Assembly (NCBI GenBank): GCA_040954595.2
Contig: CM082580.2
Coordinates: 3,958,783 to 4,022,782 of the forward strand
DNA from: Balanoglossus misakiensis
Taxonomy: Eukaryota; Animalia; Hemichordata
Length of the DNA stretch: 64,000 bases
Direction of reading: 5' to 3'
Both the position numbers and the translations under genes were made by a program. Each line of letters starts with the position of its first letter. Position 1 is the first letter of the stretch. The notes under the pieces were generated by a model. It saw nothing but the letters and a program-made list of their open reading frames with translations, had not been told where the DNA came from and did not search any database. Below, piece by piece: positions 1 through 14,997 of the stretch.

Positions 1-3000
1 ATTTGGAAAGTTTTCAATTTAAAATGTCATCTTTAAAAAAAAAACAGCAAAAATATTGACAAGCACTTGATGGTAAAGAAAGCTTTGAAATTAGTGAAAA
101 AAATGGGATTGCCACAAAGTTTGTTGTCTCACATCTTGAAAAAGTCTCTGTTATGAAAGAGCACTGGTAAATTTCTAGTCGTTCTATATTTACTACTCTT
201 GCAAAAAGCATGAAAGTTGACACTACCAGTTATAATATTCCCTCGGTATATGCATGCTGTGGAAGGGTGCTTTCTGTGTTGCTACTGGAGTTTTGCTGCC
301 GGTTGGCTGTCAAGAACCAGGAACAAATTGCCTACAAGGAAAAGGAAAGCCTATCAGGAGAGAGACACAGCCTACATTTGGGATAGCCTACATTTACACT
401 AGACAACGAGCGTGTTGTGTTGCCACACACACACATACAGACAGACAGACAAACAGAAAACAATCACATGTCATACATACACACACTCACACACAAATAA
501 CATGTCAGATGTATGTACACACTGTATCTATGACAGAAATTGCATCTCAACTAATTATTTGATGAAAAATGTCCTCCAACAAACCTGTCTGTGTTTGGAA
601 GTATTTCATTATGCTTTGGTCAATTTCCACTGATAATGGTATTATCTCAATCTGAACATTTTTCATATATCGCTTAAATAATAAATTTCCTTCTGTAAGT
701 GCTCATATTGGGTTTCTTTCCAAGATATAATCTGTCTTTGATTCGGTAAGAAATAGGAAATAAAGACAGCTGCTATTATTCACTGCAGTGGGCTAATGCC
801 ATGATGATCCTTTAAAATTCACGCAAGTTGAATACTTTCATGAAAATGTTAAGTAATGAGGAAGTCAACCTTATCTTCCTACTTCAACATCTTCAGATCG
901 CACACATTCTTTTACTATTAGTCATCAATCTCCTCAAATATTATAAAAGTTTAGACTTACAACTAAGAGCTGATTACTGCCATACCAAGCACCAGCTATT
1001 CTAGCTAGCCTCTGAAAGACAAAAACCAAATTGGACTAGTCATACGTTAATATTCATAGTGTGCCTATGATGAGCAAAACAATGCAAATCATAGGACCCT
1101 TTCTGATGACCAAAAAATCTCCAACACACAATGTCAGCATGTGTCATTGTGTTCGTCAGATATGTCAACAGTTCTCTACTCAATACTTGGCTAATTTGAT
1201 CTTATTTCAGTGTTTTTGCTCGGGGGATTTCACTGGTATAAAATAAGCCCCCCACTAATATGTCCAAGCTATTTAGTATTTCCCAAAGTCATTTACATTT
1301 TCCCAAACCTTGGTAAAAATTCCATCAGAAAAACTTCTACATGTATATCCTCGTTTAGACATGATCATTTTACGTGTTAATACACGCAGGGCCCAATATT
1401 TGACAATAATTTAAAATTCCATTCTAAAATGTTCAGGTGTTCAAACAGATATATGGGAGACAATTACCAGCACTTTGTAATGATAAAAAAGTGAAATTTT
1501 CACGATAGGAAGTTGTCAGAAACTGGCTTGTCTCTTGAAAAATTGGGAAAACTTTTTCTGATGGTAATCTAACTGTACCATAAATTATCAAAGTCTGAGA
1601 GGGCCTGCAGAATCCATTTTTGGGGGAATCCACTAGTTTCATATCCTATCCATCTATTGACAGTAGGTCCAATAATGAGAATTGATATGAATGTAGTTGT
1701 CTAAAATAAATTGACTGAGACATATAGAGACACAGACACACACAGACAGATAGAGACTAAAGTGCCTACATTAGAATGGACTGGTGCACTATGCCTTGAC
1801 AAGAGAGGTGTTTTATGATTACAAGGCACTATGGATGACATGTAAAAAACAATTGCATACAAATATGAATAGGCAAAGGTTGTGTGTAGACACTCTTGCA
1901 CATTAGTTTGAATAGTGTGTTTCTCCAATTTCTATTTACAACTCGCGCCCATATTTTGCTGATTTTTGTAGAATGAAATTGTGGTTTAAATTTCCCACTT
2001 TGTTAAATAGATATCAACACTGGCCCCGTCAAATCCTGATAATATGAATGCGATTTGTGAAATATCACTCTAACAGAGGATGAATTTCTAGACAAAGACG
2101 ATCACATTTTATTTTACAACTGCCAAAAAACTACACACACTATTTAATATACAACGACATCATCAGCTGACTGCATGATCATATTTTCAGTAGATTTAGC
2201 CTAGGTCCTATACGAGGAAGGTGACCATTTGTAGCATCACTCCAGCCACTTCGGCCATTCAGAGCAAAATATAATTATTCATTGCAGACAAAGTAGGCGT
2301 GGCAATCTAATTTAGCTTCAAAAAGTAATATCAGACTTTTTTCTGGTTATGCAACACTTCTTCACTGCTGAAACCTTCCGAGAGGTATTTGTCCATTAAA
2401 GGGCCATTGCAGCCCTAATTACATGCAATCTCTTCACATACTAACACATATTTTTAAATTTCCTGCTTTCAGAAATTTCACATCTTGATTATGAACAGAG
2501 CTTAAAACTTAAAATTCTGTTAAACTATCATAAGTAAATAAATGCAATAAATTACTACCACAATTATCTTTTTTTTATTTAATTAATGGATTCATCTAAC
2601 TGTAATATTAGTCTAATTATTAAAAGAGGAAAAATGTTTGGCTGGTCCTGTCATAATCGTATTTTCTATGCTCATCTAGACAGGAAGATAACAATTTCAG
2701 TCAGTGATCATGCATTATCAACTTCTCTGAAATACAATTGAAAGTACTGGCTTAACTTTTGATGACATCATGAACATTGTATGCAGTGATCATCAAAATT
2801 CAGCTTCTTGACGATGACCTATGACCTTTGACACCACAAACCCCCTTTATCAATCATTCCTGTTTCAAAATTGTTTGACAGGTCAAAATTGTGATGTTTC
2901 ACAAATTAAAGTAGTTTATGTTCACTTTTCCAGACCTGAGAAAGCCTCAAAGAGACAGACACAATAATACCAATCAAATCTAATTGCCCTTCTAAGATCA

Positions 3001-3419
3001 ATTAGATCAACACTGAAGATTTCTCCTTACACATTTCCTTCAAGTTATACAGAGGGATTTAACCAAGATAACACAATACTGGGACTGAAAATGGACAGTG
3101 ATTTTTACTTCATATCTCTACCCCCACTGACCTATGGGTGTCCAATAACAATGGTTACCAGACACCAAATAATAATGTACAATTGAATTGCCAAAGAAAA
3201 GCTATTAACTCAAATAATTGTAAATTAAGATACAAAATTTTGGCAAAATTCCAGAAAATCCTACCAGAGATACTCTTTTCCAATCTCCTTTCAGACCTAA
3301 CACTGTCAATGACATGGTCTCCATTGGATCAGTAGATTAAGGAAACACTAAAGAAAATCATGATGGAATGAAATATGTAATAGCATGTCTGTGAAATGAC
3401 TCTGACAATATTATCACAA

Positions 3420-3790
3420 CACACATGTACATCGGGAGAGATTGTCCTATGACAAAGTTTTAATGAAATGACCAGGAATATCTGTAATGGGCTACAGACA
3501 TGAAAAATCGTAACAAAATGGCTACCTGGCGGCCATATTGAATCACATCATGATACAAATTCATGTGCATATGCACATTGTCCGTAAACAAAGTCTTAAT
3601 GAAATTGTTCTGAGTACCTGGTTATGGCTCTAGACATATACATGAAAAGAACTGCAGCAAATTGATCGCCCAGTGGCCATATTGGATAGTATCATGAAAA
3701 CAAACTACATGTATGTGCATATGTACATATATTTTAGTACATTGTCCTAATGCCAAGCTTGAAAGAAATTGGTCCAAGACAATATTGCCA
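3420..3790. repeat. Degenerate ~140-160 bp tandem repeat (2-3 units) downstream of the DNAJC5 stop
   Basis: Recurring ATTGTCC..AAG...AATGAAAT / GGCCATATTG / ATCATGA.ACAAA / ATGTGCATATG blocks starting near 3441, 3577 and 3741. Confidence 0.55.
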
Positions 3791-4236
3791 AACAAAATCA
3801 CATGCATAATGTTCTTGTCAGAACTTTTTCCTTGAAGTGAGTTTGAGCAGGTGCTTAAAAAGGAGATTGGAAGAGAGTGAGATAGAGTTAGCACATGGAG
3901 AAGAAAGAGCGCGATAGATTTATATTTCAAATGGAATTCTAGATGTGGCACAGAATGGTAATTCAGAAATACACTGTAAATTTCACTTCTCATAAACAAG
4001 AAATACTGACGATAAACACAATTCTACGCACCCCTTATCTATACAATTTATTCACATGATCAGTTTTATGTTCTTTATCAATTTTTTTATATAAAACTAA
4101 AAGCAGATGCTGATATCGTTCTCAGCAGACCCGACAGTCTCCTCTCCAAATACGATCAACTCCCACTAGCTCTCTCTCTCTGTATAGAAACTAGATGTGT
4201 GAAATTCTGATGGAAGTTTAAAATTTAAACGCTACA

Positions 4237-7200
4237 CTATGGTTCTTCAGTGTAATTCCTGGGAGCGTCACCTGTGTTGAGACCTGTCTTCTCCGACACT
4301 CCATCCTCTTCCTTGACCTCCGTCGGTGGCGATTCCGGCGGCGGCATGGCGATGATCGCCGGCTGGCTGCTGATGACCGGCTCGTCTGCGTTCTCCGACG
4401 ACGGAGACGTGTCTTCCAGATCTTCCGGTCTCAGGTGGAGATCCTCTTCCTCCGGCTCGTACGTTTTCAGTTTGCCGCAGCAGAAGCAGCAGCAGCAACA
4501 ACAGCAGCAGCAGAAGTAACAGCAGGTGAGTATACCCCACGTGATAAAACAACACTGAAATACAAACGCAAGGAAAGGTACATCAGTGCTCTCTAGCACT
4601 GGACTTCTAATTACTGCCTTGTCATCTTGAGAAGACTTAATGATCACATTATTGTAGGTTAGTCCATAATATGAACTCCTCCAACTCAAGTGGTTTTCAA
4701 AGCAAGGCTCCGTTATTTCAAGATGGCTGCCCCTGTTGTCATTAGTTTTGTAGAAGTTGTTGGCGTTGTGGCCGATAATGGCGATAAGTGACATGTAGGG
4801 CATTTCAATTTGGTGTAATTTTTTCATGAAAGTGTGTCTACCACACTCTCATTCTATTAGATAGTCCAACAGAAATCTTGTGGAACAGTATCATGGTATT
4901 AAATTATCATGCTCAACTGTCCTTTCCCAAAGTCTGGCATTTCATCGAAAGCAAATACTCCGTATTGAACACCCCAGAAAGCATTGTCACTTGCTGTAAA
5001 TACCATGCATGCGCATAGGAAAATCGCGACCTTCCACTTGAATCCTTCACTGATGCCTTGACCCCATGCCCTCTGACCTCCTGGTGACCTATGACATCAT
5101 TCTGAAGTACATGCACATTCTTCAAAGTGATGTCAGTGCACGCCAGTTTGTCTTACCTTAAAGAGAGGACTATGCACCATAAAGTAGGCTTTGACATTCT
5201 CTTCTCCTATCTGTTCAGCTACATACAATCCCATGGAACCGTACTGATCATAGATTTCTCTTTTGGTCTCGTCGCTGAGTACAGAGTTCGCATGGTTGAT
5301 TTCTTTGAACTAGTAGAGAATGAACGAGAGTCAGTGTTAACTAGCATCGAACATGGCATGAGGTGTTTGTGTGACTGTGTTTGCTGCAATCAAAGCACGG
5401 GCGTCATGGAACAGTAAAGTGTATGCATAGGCCTAAACGCGACGTCCTCAACGAACAAAGAATGAAATATTTCGTGAGTTTGTTTGCAGTGGACGAGAAG
5501 TGCAATAAAACTGGGTCATCAGTGTTAATTTTATGTACAAAACCACACTGTACGCGTACCTCTTAGGCACCGTACGTTATGTACAATCGATCTCGTCTTG
5601 AGCAGCAAAGGCGATGTGTACGCATGAGTGCGCGCCCGCGACTACTGCCCTGTGTACGTATTTGTTGGTTTGTTTGGATGTGTTTATTTTGAGCGTGTCT
5701 ATGTGTGTGTTTACTGTGGCTAATATGTCAACTTTACTGGAATTTACCTTTTCTGTGGCATCCGGATTGTCTTGGTTTTTGTCTGGATGCCATTTCAATG
5801 CAAGCTGAAGAATAAAAAGATAAAAAAGGTCATTATCATAAATGAATAATATCACAAAACATTAAAATGTGTATTACACATGTCAAAAGTGTATGTCACT
5901 GACTGCTATGTGTATTTTCATTTTGATTGAGAGAGATATGCTGGTAGTCTACAACCAAGCTTCCAACACACAGCTAGAATTTAAAGGGAAGGGGTCGTCG
6001 CGCTGCATGGTGTCCCCGGGGGTGTCCACCCTTGATGAGAATATGTCCTCCCATACAGGCGCAAACCCCACTGCAGTCGCCACGACCTACTAGGATCTTC
6101 AGTTGCTGTCATGCCCAGTCTACGCTACGGTTCACTGCTTCGTTCATTCTACGAATGATCTAATTTCAGGGATTTGTGGATGAATTGTAATGTTTATAAA
6201 CTAACAAGCACGATGACCCCTTTCACTTTAATGACACTGTGCACAGAACTGTGAACCATGACTGAGTCGACTACAGGATGGGTCAAGGCAGTAAGCCGTA
6301 ACATTCCAGTATGACACAAAAGACAGTAGATCTTTGTTGAATCTTGCATAGATCTGTTTTCTGGCTATTTCAGTAGCTCTCAGTAAACAATAGGCCATTT
6401 TCTGAACCCTGCAAGACCCTGTGAGATTTCATGTGCCGGACTAGGCAGTCCATAAGGGAGAACATTCTCAATCATGCAACACACAACACATGGTCTATCA
6501 TGTTAAATGTCCAAGACATGAGCAATTTAGCATATGTTGTTGCAAACCTCAAAAGTTACCAACATTTCACTGTTTCTTGCCTCTAAGCGGACAGGTACAT
6601 TTGTGTGATCTTCACATAACAATTACATGTACACTATTACTGTGACACAGACATCAATGAAGACAAAAACTGATCTGACATACCTTCCTGTACGCCCTCT
6701 TGATCTCATCTGGTTCAGCACCTTTCTGTAATCCTAAAAGTTGATACAGTGACTCTCCAGATGTACTGAAAATAGGATGCAAATTAATTCTTATTAGATT
6801 ACATATGTGAATAAAGGTCTACCAAAGTACAAGGTTCTTTTTGGTACACAGTACGTGCCACTATACGTACAAGTACTGTGGTATAATTGTTGAAATGTTT
6901 AAAGGTACAATAGTACACATATGGTCATGTTTGATAGATTCCATTTTCATCCCAACCCATCATACATGATAGCCATATTTTCAAGGCCATTCTTCATATA
7001 GAGTTAATTAGTTTCAATGGGAATGTTTGACCTTTGACTCCATCACACTGGCCATCTCACAATTTGCAATAATGGCACTGCTATACGTGTATGTCATGGA
7101 AATCTGCAATAATGGCGTGGCTATAAATTGCATGTATGGATGTACCAGCAGACAAGAACACAGCACAGATTTCATTGACTCAAGCTTTCAATCCAGTACA

Positions 7201-10200
7201 GAGCTGACACAAAAACCAAGCAGCTATCAACGTTACGCTCACATCCTATGACTAGGCCAGGCACTATAATCAAGCTAAATGACTGTGATGAAATAAGACA
7301 TAAATGAACCATGTTCATCCTTTCCTGATTGTTCTTGCACCTTTTCTGATTGAGATGAGATAATTTGAATCATCAGCCTATACCAATTAAAAATACGAGA
7401 AAAGAAGCAGACAAGATGGGGCAATCCCTTTTAGGCCAAGACAGAAAATTAGTGTTGCTATGATAAAAAATGCTTTTCAAGTACAAAATGTTGATTAGCT
7501 GCAATCACATGATTCAAAACACCTATCACTCTCCAGATCTTTCAATTTTATATGTATGCTAATTTTAATGAAAAATCATGATTACTACTTATTTACATAT
7601 TTGTTTAAGGTCAGTAGGTAAAAATTAGGGTAGGTAGGTTTAATTTAGGGGAGCCTTAGCTTATCTTATGAGTTGAAAGTGAAAGTACAATATAAGAATG
7701 AATATGTCACAGAATACATAGAAAGCTACACACACCCAATACGTGTTAAACCTGCATTGTATCTATCTGACAAGCTACTTGACACAAAACTAATGAGTCT
7801 AATATAATACCAGGGTTTAGTACATTTGTATCAGGGCACACACATTTATTGGCAGCATGTCAAAGTGGCATATTTAGAACTCAATTATGTTTGCTCTGTT
7901 GTCAACTGTAGTTTCTAGTTAAATAGCCACCTAACACAAAATATGTCTAGATTTTTCTTCTCAGCACAGTGAATAGAGATGTACCTAATCCCTAGCAGTT
8001 TAGTTATAATCTGAAGTTCTGGCCTTCATTCAAAATTGTTAATAAAAACAGAACACTGTACCCTGATAATAGGGAGTGGTACAAGAAACTATTAATACAT
8101 TTTTTTTAAACTTAACAAATAGTGTGTCCTCTAACAAACATTTTTTTAAAGCTTTGAGTCAATTTAAGGATTACTAAAAATATCTGAGTCAGCCCTATTC
8201 CTTTGCATGTAGTGTGGATGAAATCATGTTTGTTGACCAAATGACCACGGTTGACATGGATTGGAAGATTTGACTGTTGTCCATATGGATGCTGTCACAC
8301 TGAGATAGTCTGTCATTACAATTGGATGAACACTACAACACTGAACTGAAAATATTAATAACAACGGTGAATGAATACCAGAACAAATCTGCAGATTAAT
8401 ACTTTAAGAACTCCAATACATGTACTACTTTAATTAAATATATGATTTTCAAATATGGAGGTCTTAGGATTACTGCAAAGTGCAACACATGGGCACTCAC
8501 AACACAATAGCATTGATTAAAATTGCCAATGCCTGGATTCCAGACTGTTTACAATTAGAAATTATAGATATTTATATTCACTAGTCTGCTTCCTAATGGA
8601 ATCCACAGTATGCAGTCCTAGTCCAGTTTTCATATGGGGGGGGGGGGGGGGGACATGTCAATCCCTACTAGTACATGACTGAGCTGAAAATATTATTATA
8701 AATATCACTCAGACCAGGGTGTGGAGGTGTCAACAGACTACTGAAAACCATCTTATTCTACATGTTGATACATTGCAGTAAATTAAACAACTGTTCCATT
8801 AACCTGTAACTTCACACTCTGAGAAAGCTGGTCACTGAAAGTTACATCCAGGTTCACAAATTTACACTGGCACACACAGGCAAACTAGCTGCAGGCCTTT
8901 TTGTCACCACTGTCTATTTTCAGTCATTACCAGGCACTATGGGTGTTTCCCTTTTTTTCAGAGAGCGTTTTTACATTTATACTCATGAAATCTCTGATGA
9001 AATATTCTTGAAGGAATGTGTATTCGCCACGACTTAAATTCATTCAAGAGCTATTTCTGAGTTATGAATACCATAAAAATTTGACTATAAGGTATACCAG
9101 TAAATATAGTTTATTTCAGTGTTTTTTTCATAGCATATGTCTCGTCTCTGACATATGTATACCCTGGTACATGTACCGTACAGCTCGACCAAACTACCAT
9201 AGAATATTTCTATATTTACTCAATGCATGCATTTGTTGTAAATTTTTTGTGATTCTGATATGAGCAAATGTCATGTAGCAAAACAACAGAATACTTCATA
9301 GTGTTGAATTCTCACAATATAACTATAATTATACATTATTACAGTTTTCACAAAGTCTGACCTCACCTGGCTTGGATTTCATCAGGATCACGTTCCTCGT
9401 CCTGTGACAAATCCATTTGCCACTCCCAGAAATCAAAACTTCAATTAGAATGCCAAATTTCAAAACTCAAATAGAACCACAACACATCCAAGGGGTCTGT
9501 CTAAACTAACATGACACACCGACTTGCCATTTCTGCGGCAAAACTCGCGTCACATGACATCTCTGGTGGAAAATGCGACAGCATCAACTGAAATGGCAGC
9601 TCATCACGACCAGCGGAATGTGAAAATGGTGGTCACTGCATGGATCGGCGTAGACAGCACGAACACAAAAGCATCACCTACTCCCTGAATCCATATATGC
9701 AATTGTCAGATGAATAACCGCACATAACTACATTGTTTCAGAAAGACAAATGGTTACAATAAGCTGCATAATATTGCATAAAAATGCTAATCATATGGAC
9801 TGGACCACCAACTCATGAATTATGAATCAAGAGAAATTAGACTTGTAAAAACATATTTTTTTCCAGATAAATATTTCAATTACAACTCCAGAGGGGGCTC
9901 TATAAATTTTGGAAAACAATCATGCCCTGGGCACCTGTTGTCAGTCAAATTGATGTTCATTTCTCGGTATTGACAAACATTCCTCCAGGAATGATGTAAT
10001 TTCAGTTTAATTAGTCCACAGTTAGTAATTGATTGAATGAATATAAACGGAAAAGCAGATGACATATATTTGTGATAATCAGACAGATTAAACTTCATTA
10101 TAAATTTAATAAAGACGTCTAAAAAAACTGACTCCAAGTCAACCATACTGGTGGCACCATTGCAATGACATTCATATCAGAACATCAACACTGTTCTTCC

Positions 10201-13200
10201 TCTTTTCGAAGGATCTGTACCAAATATCTAATCTAGTTTAGGGCTGCCAGCCCTGGGATCATCATGGCCATTACTTAGTTGACACGCAGTTACAAGGAAG
10301 AAGTGAGACTCCATTTTGGAGACCATCTTCATAATCACATGATAACTTAAATTTGGTCTCTAATTTTAACACCTAAGTTCTGAAGACTGATAGTCGTCTA
10401 CATTACTTGCCGTAGCTCCTCAAGACACTTAAAATTGATGTGAAAATGAAACAGCCTGTTACCTTTCTCGGTTTGCATCAATTAAGAATGCTGACAGAAG
10501 ACAATGGGCTAACTGCATTGGTTGGTAGCAAATGTAATTCAGCCATTTTGCCTCCACAATTACCAGTATTTGATTTTCGTTAAAGTTCCCAACAATGCAA
10601 CTTGTATGACATGGTGCATTGATGTTTAATAGTTTCCCACTGAACAGTATTTATATTATGTACTTAAACTTCTACAAATGTACAAATTATCTTTAAAATA
10701 TTATACATGTATGTATGGAAGGTAATTGTTTCTGTGTGATAGATTGAAGTCCATGTAGCAATCTTGAGCCATTTTACCCATGGTGTTTCATTATTTCACA
10801 TAACAGAACCAGTCTGCAACGGGTTTGTTTTTATTCCCCAAGTAGATTTTCTTTGTCAAATATCTAGTAATATAAGCAACAAAATCATAAATGTACTCCA
10901 CTGTGCAGCAAGTCCACTATTTGTAAATTTTGTATAAATTTTCTAAGGAACCAGTTAATGGGACTTGTGCCCATTGGTCTGCCTTGAAATGAATAAACAA
11001 TTTTACCGGTATGTAACTCATCCGAGATACATGCATGAAATTTAAACATTTTCTTTAGCTCTGCTTCAAAAAGTTCTGTTACTGCTGAAAACTGTTTTCA
11101 AAATCAACTGTTGTTTTTAATAAGTAACATATCAATGATCTCATGGTCAGTCTGAGTCACTGAAATATTTGACTTCAACACCTTTACAAGGTATGTGTAC
11201 CATTTTGATGACGGACAAGTATTGATCAGAGATTAGAGGGTGATTCAAAATAGACATGCCAAGTCTGATTACTAAACGAATTCATGTGGTATGATTCTTA
11301 TTCCAATTGAGCTTTTCAACTACTAGACATTAATTAAACAAGGGGAGATGATGCAAAATAACCTTGACATTTTGATGTGGTCCGTGCAATTCAAGAGAAG
11401 ATGTTTTCCCTAGTTATACTGGTATTTATATTTCATATTTAGATATGAAAACCAAAGTTCAAGGTATTATTCAATTTTAAGGTGAAATTAACCTAGTAGT
11501 TGGAAAATGGTCACAACCATGTGACAAAAGTACCAAGCTTGGCGCTTTTAGCCCTACATGATACCTAAAGTCTAACCTTAGGTTACAACTTATTTCTGAG
11601 ATAAGCAGACGCATGAAATACTGGTTGGTGTGTAGAATACAGACATACTGGTACATGTTCTGCCATACATACAATATACATGAAACTGCTACAAGATGAG
11701 TGCAAACAAGGACAGTTTACCATCTAACATTGTGTACATGGCAACACAAGTCTGTATCATAAGGTGTGTCTAAAACACAGAACAGGTTTGACATCAAGTG
11801 GGCACTGACGTCATGGGACAGAATTTTGATAATATGTACTGCAGCAGATAAGTCTTGAACAATGTAAACTTCTGATAATATTGAATCTGATAATTCAATA
11901 CAGGTTTAATTGTTTCAAAATGCTGCCCTATTGAAATATTTCACAAAGCAAGTTGATGTACATACAGTACAGTGATTGTTATTGTATACATTTCCTTTTG
12001 TTTACATACAATGGTCGGCATGGCAATTCATAGTGCCAATGGCAGAAACTTATACGCAAGTTAGTCACTACAAGAGGGTTTGTTTTTCAAAGTTTCCTGG
12101 GGGTTCTTTTAGTAGTCAACTATGGTGTTTCAATTCACAACCACGCTTTCTATAGTACACATGAATTTAGTCATTTCCGACGTAAACAAATAAACGAAAT
12201 TATGAAAATTCTGTAGTCAGTCAATAAGCAAGTTTAATCATACAAATTACATTTTTATGATATCAGATTTTGAGCATAACTGTGGTTACAAGCACATACA
12301 AATGTATTAAAAATTATGCTGTTTCATTTCTTTGCAAGTGTTTTTTTTTTAATTCGCCACACCTTCTAAGTATTCTGTACACAATTTATTATGTAATTTA
12401 CTCATTTTTTAGCCAACGCTATCACAGATAGGATTAAATTATGTGCGGAAATCAATTACTCATTGATTTTTTTATACATTAAGTAAAGTAAAACTGGGTA
12501 ACTACGTAACTTCCAGAAATGTCGTTTTTCACAAACGTAAATGTGAAACGTTGATGTTAGTTTATCTTATCATGGGCTTGTTTGCATATTTTTTTGTAAA
12601 ATGGCCAGTTTGTGGATTAGCTGCTACGATTGCAGCTGCAATGCCTACAATCATTGCAGCTGTTCATTGATAGTACACTGTTCCATCCATTGGCATCAAC
12701 ATGGGGGGTAGTATGTCCCCATCCCCCATTGCCAGAATATTAGGGGAGGGGGTCCCACTCTGTAAGGGGGAGGGGAATTGTAATATCTCCAACATGGGAA
12801 TGACAATCATTTTAAGGGGCACAGCCCCCCCCCCCCCCCCGACAAATTGCTAGGGGTGCCAACGTATCAAAAGGAGGTGAATCCCTTCCAGGCCCCGTCT
12901 GCAGATTAAACACTGATGATGTACATGATCTATCTATGAGCACTGACAACCCACGTAATCGTTACTTCCTCTCCCGGTCCGTCCAACACGCTACGCTACA
13001 TGTCCCCGACAATGCTTCCACACCATTCACATCTGTTTCTTCGTTAAAAATACAGCATAATCCCAGTTTCGTTTTAATAGTTTTGTCACTCCGCTATTAC
13101 TAGTACATGCACTACAAGTACAACATAAAGGGTGCGGCCTAATGTCACAGTGTAACATTACACTGACTCGATCGGACCTTCCACATTAAACATCATAGCA

Positions 13201-13509
13201 CTATCGTCTTTGGCAAAAGTGCATGGACACAAGAATGGAGTAGACATAGTGGGTCATAAAGGAAATCCGCGTCCGTTATTATAATGTCAACTTATTATTT
13301 GTCGATCAATTATTTTCATAGGCGAAACCAAACAAATGGCCCGCACCGTACACTGGACGCGTACAGTGTAACTTTGTAACGACATGCAACGAGCTATCCC
13401 TGTTCAGTGACACGCGATCGACTGCTTCAGTGGTTAAATTAACGACGGGTATATTTTCCAAGTTACATATTACAACTTACCTCATGGACCTTGTCTTCTT
13501 TTGTGACAT
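4237..13509 (-). CDS. DNAJC5: Cysteine string protein / DnaJ homolog subfamily C member 5 (5 coding exons, ~212 aa)
   Basis: Exons 13509-13481 ([10 protein letters not shown]), 6765-6684 ([27 protein letters not shown]), 5804-5748 ([20 protein letters not shown]-domain HPD), 5309-5157 ([43 protein letters not shown]...), 4554-4237 ([28 protein letters not shown]... cysteine string, stop). All introns GT-AG with matching phases; total 639 nt. Confidence 0.96.
5985..6227. mobile_element. Non-autonomous DNA transposon (MITE family A), TTAA-flanked
   Basis: TTAA-AGGGAAGGGGTCGTCG ... CGATGACCCCTTTCACT-TTAA imperfect TIRs; inverted second copy at ~40195-40430. Confidence 0.75.
9367..9416 (-). CDS. 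DNAJC5: Probable alternative first coding exon of DNAJC5 ([17 protein letters not shown])
   Basis: ATG in good context (GCAAATGG), 50 nt open, ends CAG|gtgagg in phase 2, the phase needed by the 6765 acceptor. CpG-richer sequence lies just upstream (~9520-9660). Confidence 0.55.
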
Positions 13510-13511
13510 CT

Positions 13512-13610
13512 TGAACCGGGAAATTGGTGAAATCAACCACGACTTGATCAAATTATCGACATCGAGAGACCACCAATTTGTTCCGGCAGCTCAACCCGGA
13601 AGTAGATGAC
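13512..13610. promoter_or_regulatory. DNAJC5 proximal promoter/5'UTR with clustered ETS-type CCGGAA motifs
   Basis: ACCGGGAAAT (~13515), TTCCGG (~13581) and CCCGGAAGT (~13595) lie directly upstream of the ATG in a CpG-retaining region. Motif match only. Confidence 0.35.
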
Positions 13611-14997
13611 AAGGGGTTACGCGCTTGCGTACTAACCACTGTTTGCGGGTCAGCTCAGCATGCACTTCCTTCACCAGAGTAATGCAACGGATGTATTTCC
13701 AATGTGATATAAAGCTTATTCGCGAAGAAACACCTTCCGATGCCCGAATCACAAGCACGGTGCTGTACAAAACTGTGTCGATAAATTTGCATCACTTCTT
13801 TCTGTTCAATGTGGAAGTTAAAGAAAATTAAAGAAGTGGTTTTCACCGTCCTCCTCAAACTGAAGATGATAGCCCAGGTGATAGGCATGGCAAATGACTT
13901 CTTAGCAACAACGGAAGAAACGCCTACTAGTATCTGCGTCAGCACTGAGAAAATATTGTTCCGAGTCTCTCTATGCATGCTATGTAAAGTGTCTGGAGTA
14001 CACTTGTAATGGCAGCGAGTGTGAGCGAAGTCTAGGGAACGCGTTGGCCCCAAATTCGAAACTCAACTCAGTAGGCTACCATAAACACGCCCAAAGCCAG
14101 CATGCACACAAATAGTATATTTATAAAGACGAAAAATCAACATGCGACTAATGGGCTAGTCTGCTTGGTACATGTAGGCCTATATCAAACAATGATAGTT
14201 TCTTTGTAAAAGTTGCATTAAATCGGATTGTTTGGTTTTACCCATTATGCCACAGATATGGAATATAGGCCTAGGTAGATACCCAAAGAAGTTTATCTCA
14301 AAAGAGAGAGCGCAGTGACCATATACGATTTTAGTATTTGACCAATAATTTTGGGAGCTAGTATGTGTAAAATGTCATGAACATGACAATGCGATTCTCA
14401 ATGTAATCCTATGGGAAGAGAAAAACGCGCACAGTTTTGCGCACTTTAGGGAGGCTACAAGTTTACGTTCTGCGTGTAGGCTACATCATTAGGCATTTCA
14501 AGGTCCGAGTCCGATTTAGAGTTAGAAGCATCAAATTTGATAGTGTCTGGGCAGAGCTAGAACAGCAGAGAATGGACCATCTCGTGTAATCCGAGATATG
14601 TTTGCTGGAATTTAAAGTACTGATAAATATATCGCTTTCGTTATAAAAGTGGAAAATATGGAAATATCTATAATTGTCTAAAAGTGACCGTCCTCAGGAT
14701 AAATTAAAGTGTAACCGCCACCACCGCGACGGGCGTGACCAACTTGAATTCTTTCGGCATCCTCGCAATACTTGAAAGCCCTATGCATGGCAGGCAGTCA
14801 GGTGGCTTCTTTGTCTGCTCCCCTCCTACGATTTCTATTCGAGACCAAAATTCTCCCAGGTGGATCAAATCATACAGACGTTGCGGACAATACACTCTAA
14901 CGTTCACTCCCATTATCATGATTATTCAAATTGTTTTCTAAGTTGTCGCCGGAACGCGCACTGCACGCCCGTCCAGTCAGCGGTTCTTGTATGAACC

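Noticed and set aside
4268-4555. Poly-Leu and poly-Gln ORFs
   Set aside because: Alternative-frame and antisense readings of the DNAJC5 cysteine-string codons.
10463-10518. Another ATG-to-donor phase-2 segment in DNAJC5 intron 1 ([19 protein letters not shown])
   Set aside because: Weaker donor and start context, an out-of-frame upstream ATG with better context, and no promoter-like sequence; plausible by chance.
13625-14053. Overlapping short ORFs between DNAJC5 and the B4GALNT-like gene
   Set aside because: No recognisable domain or splice structure; treated as promoter/intergenic sequence.
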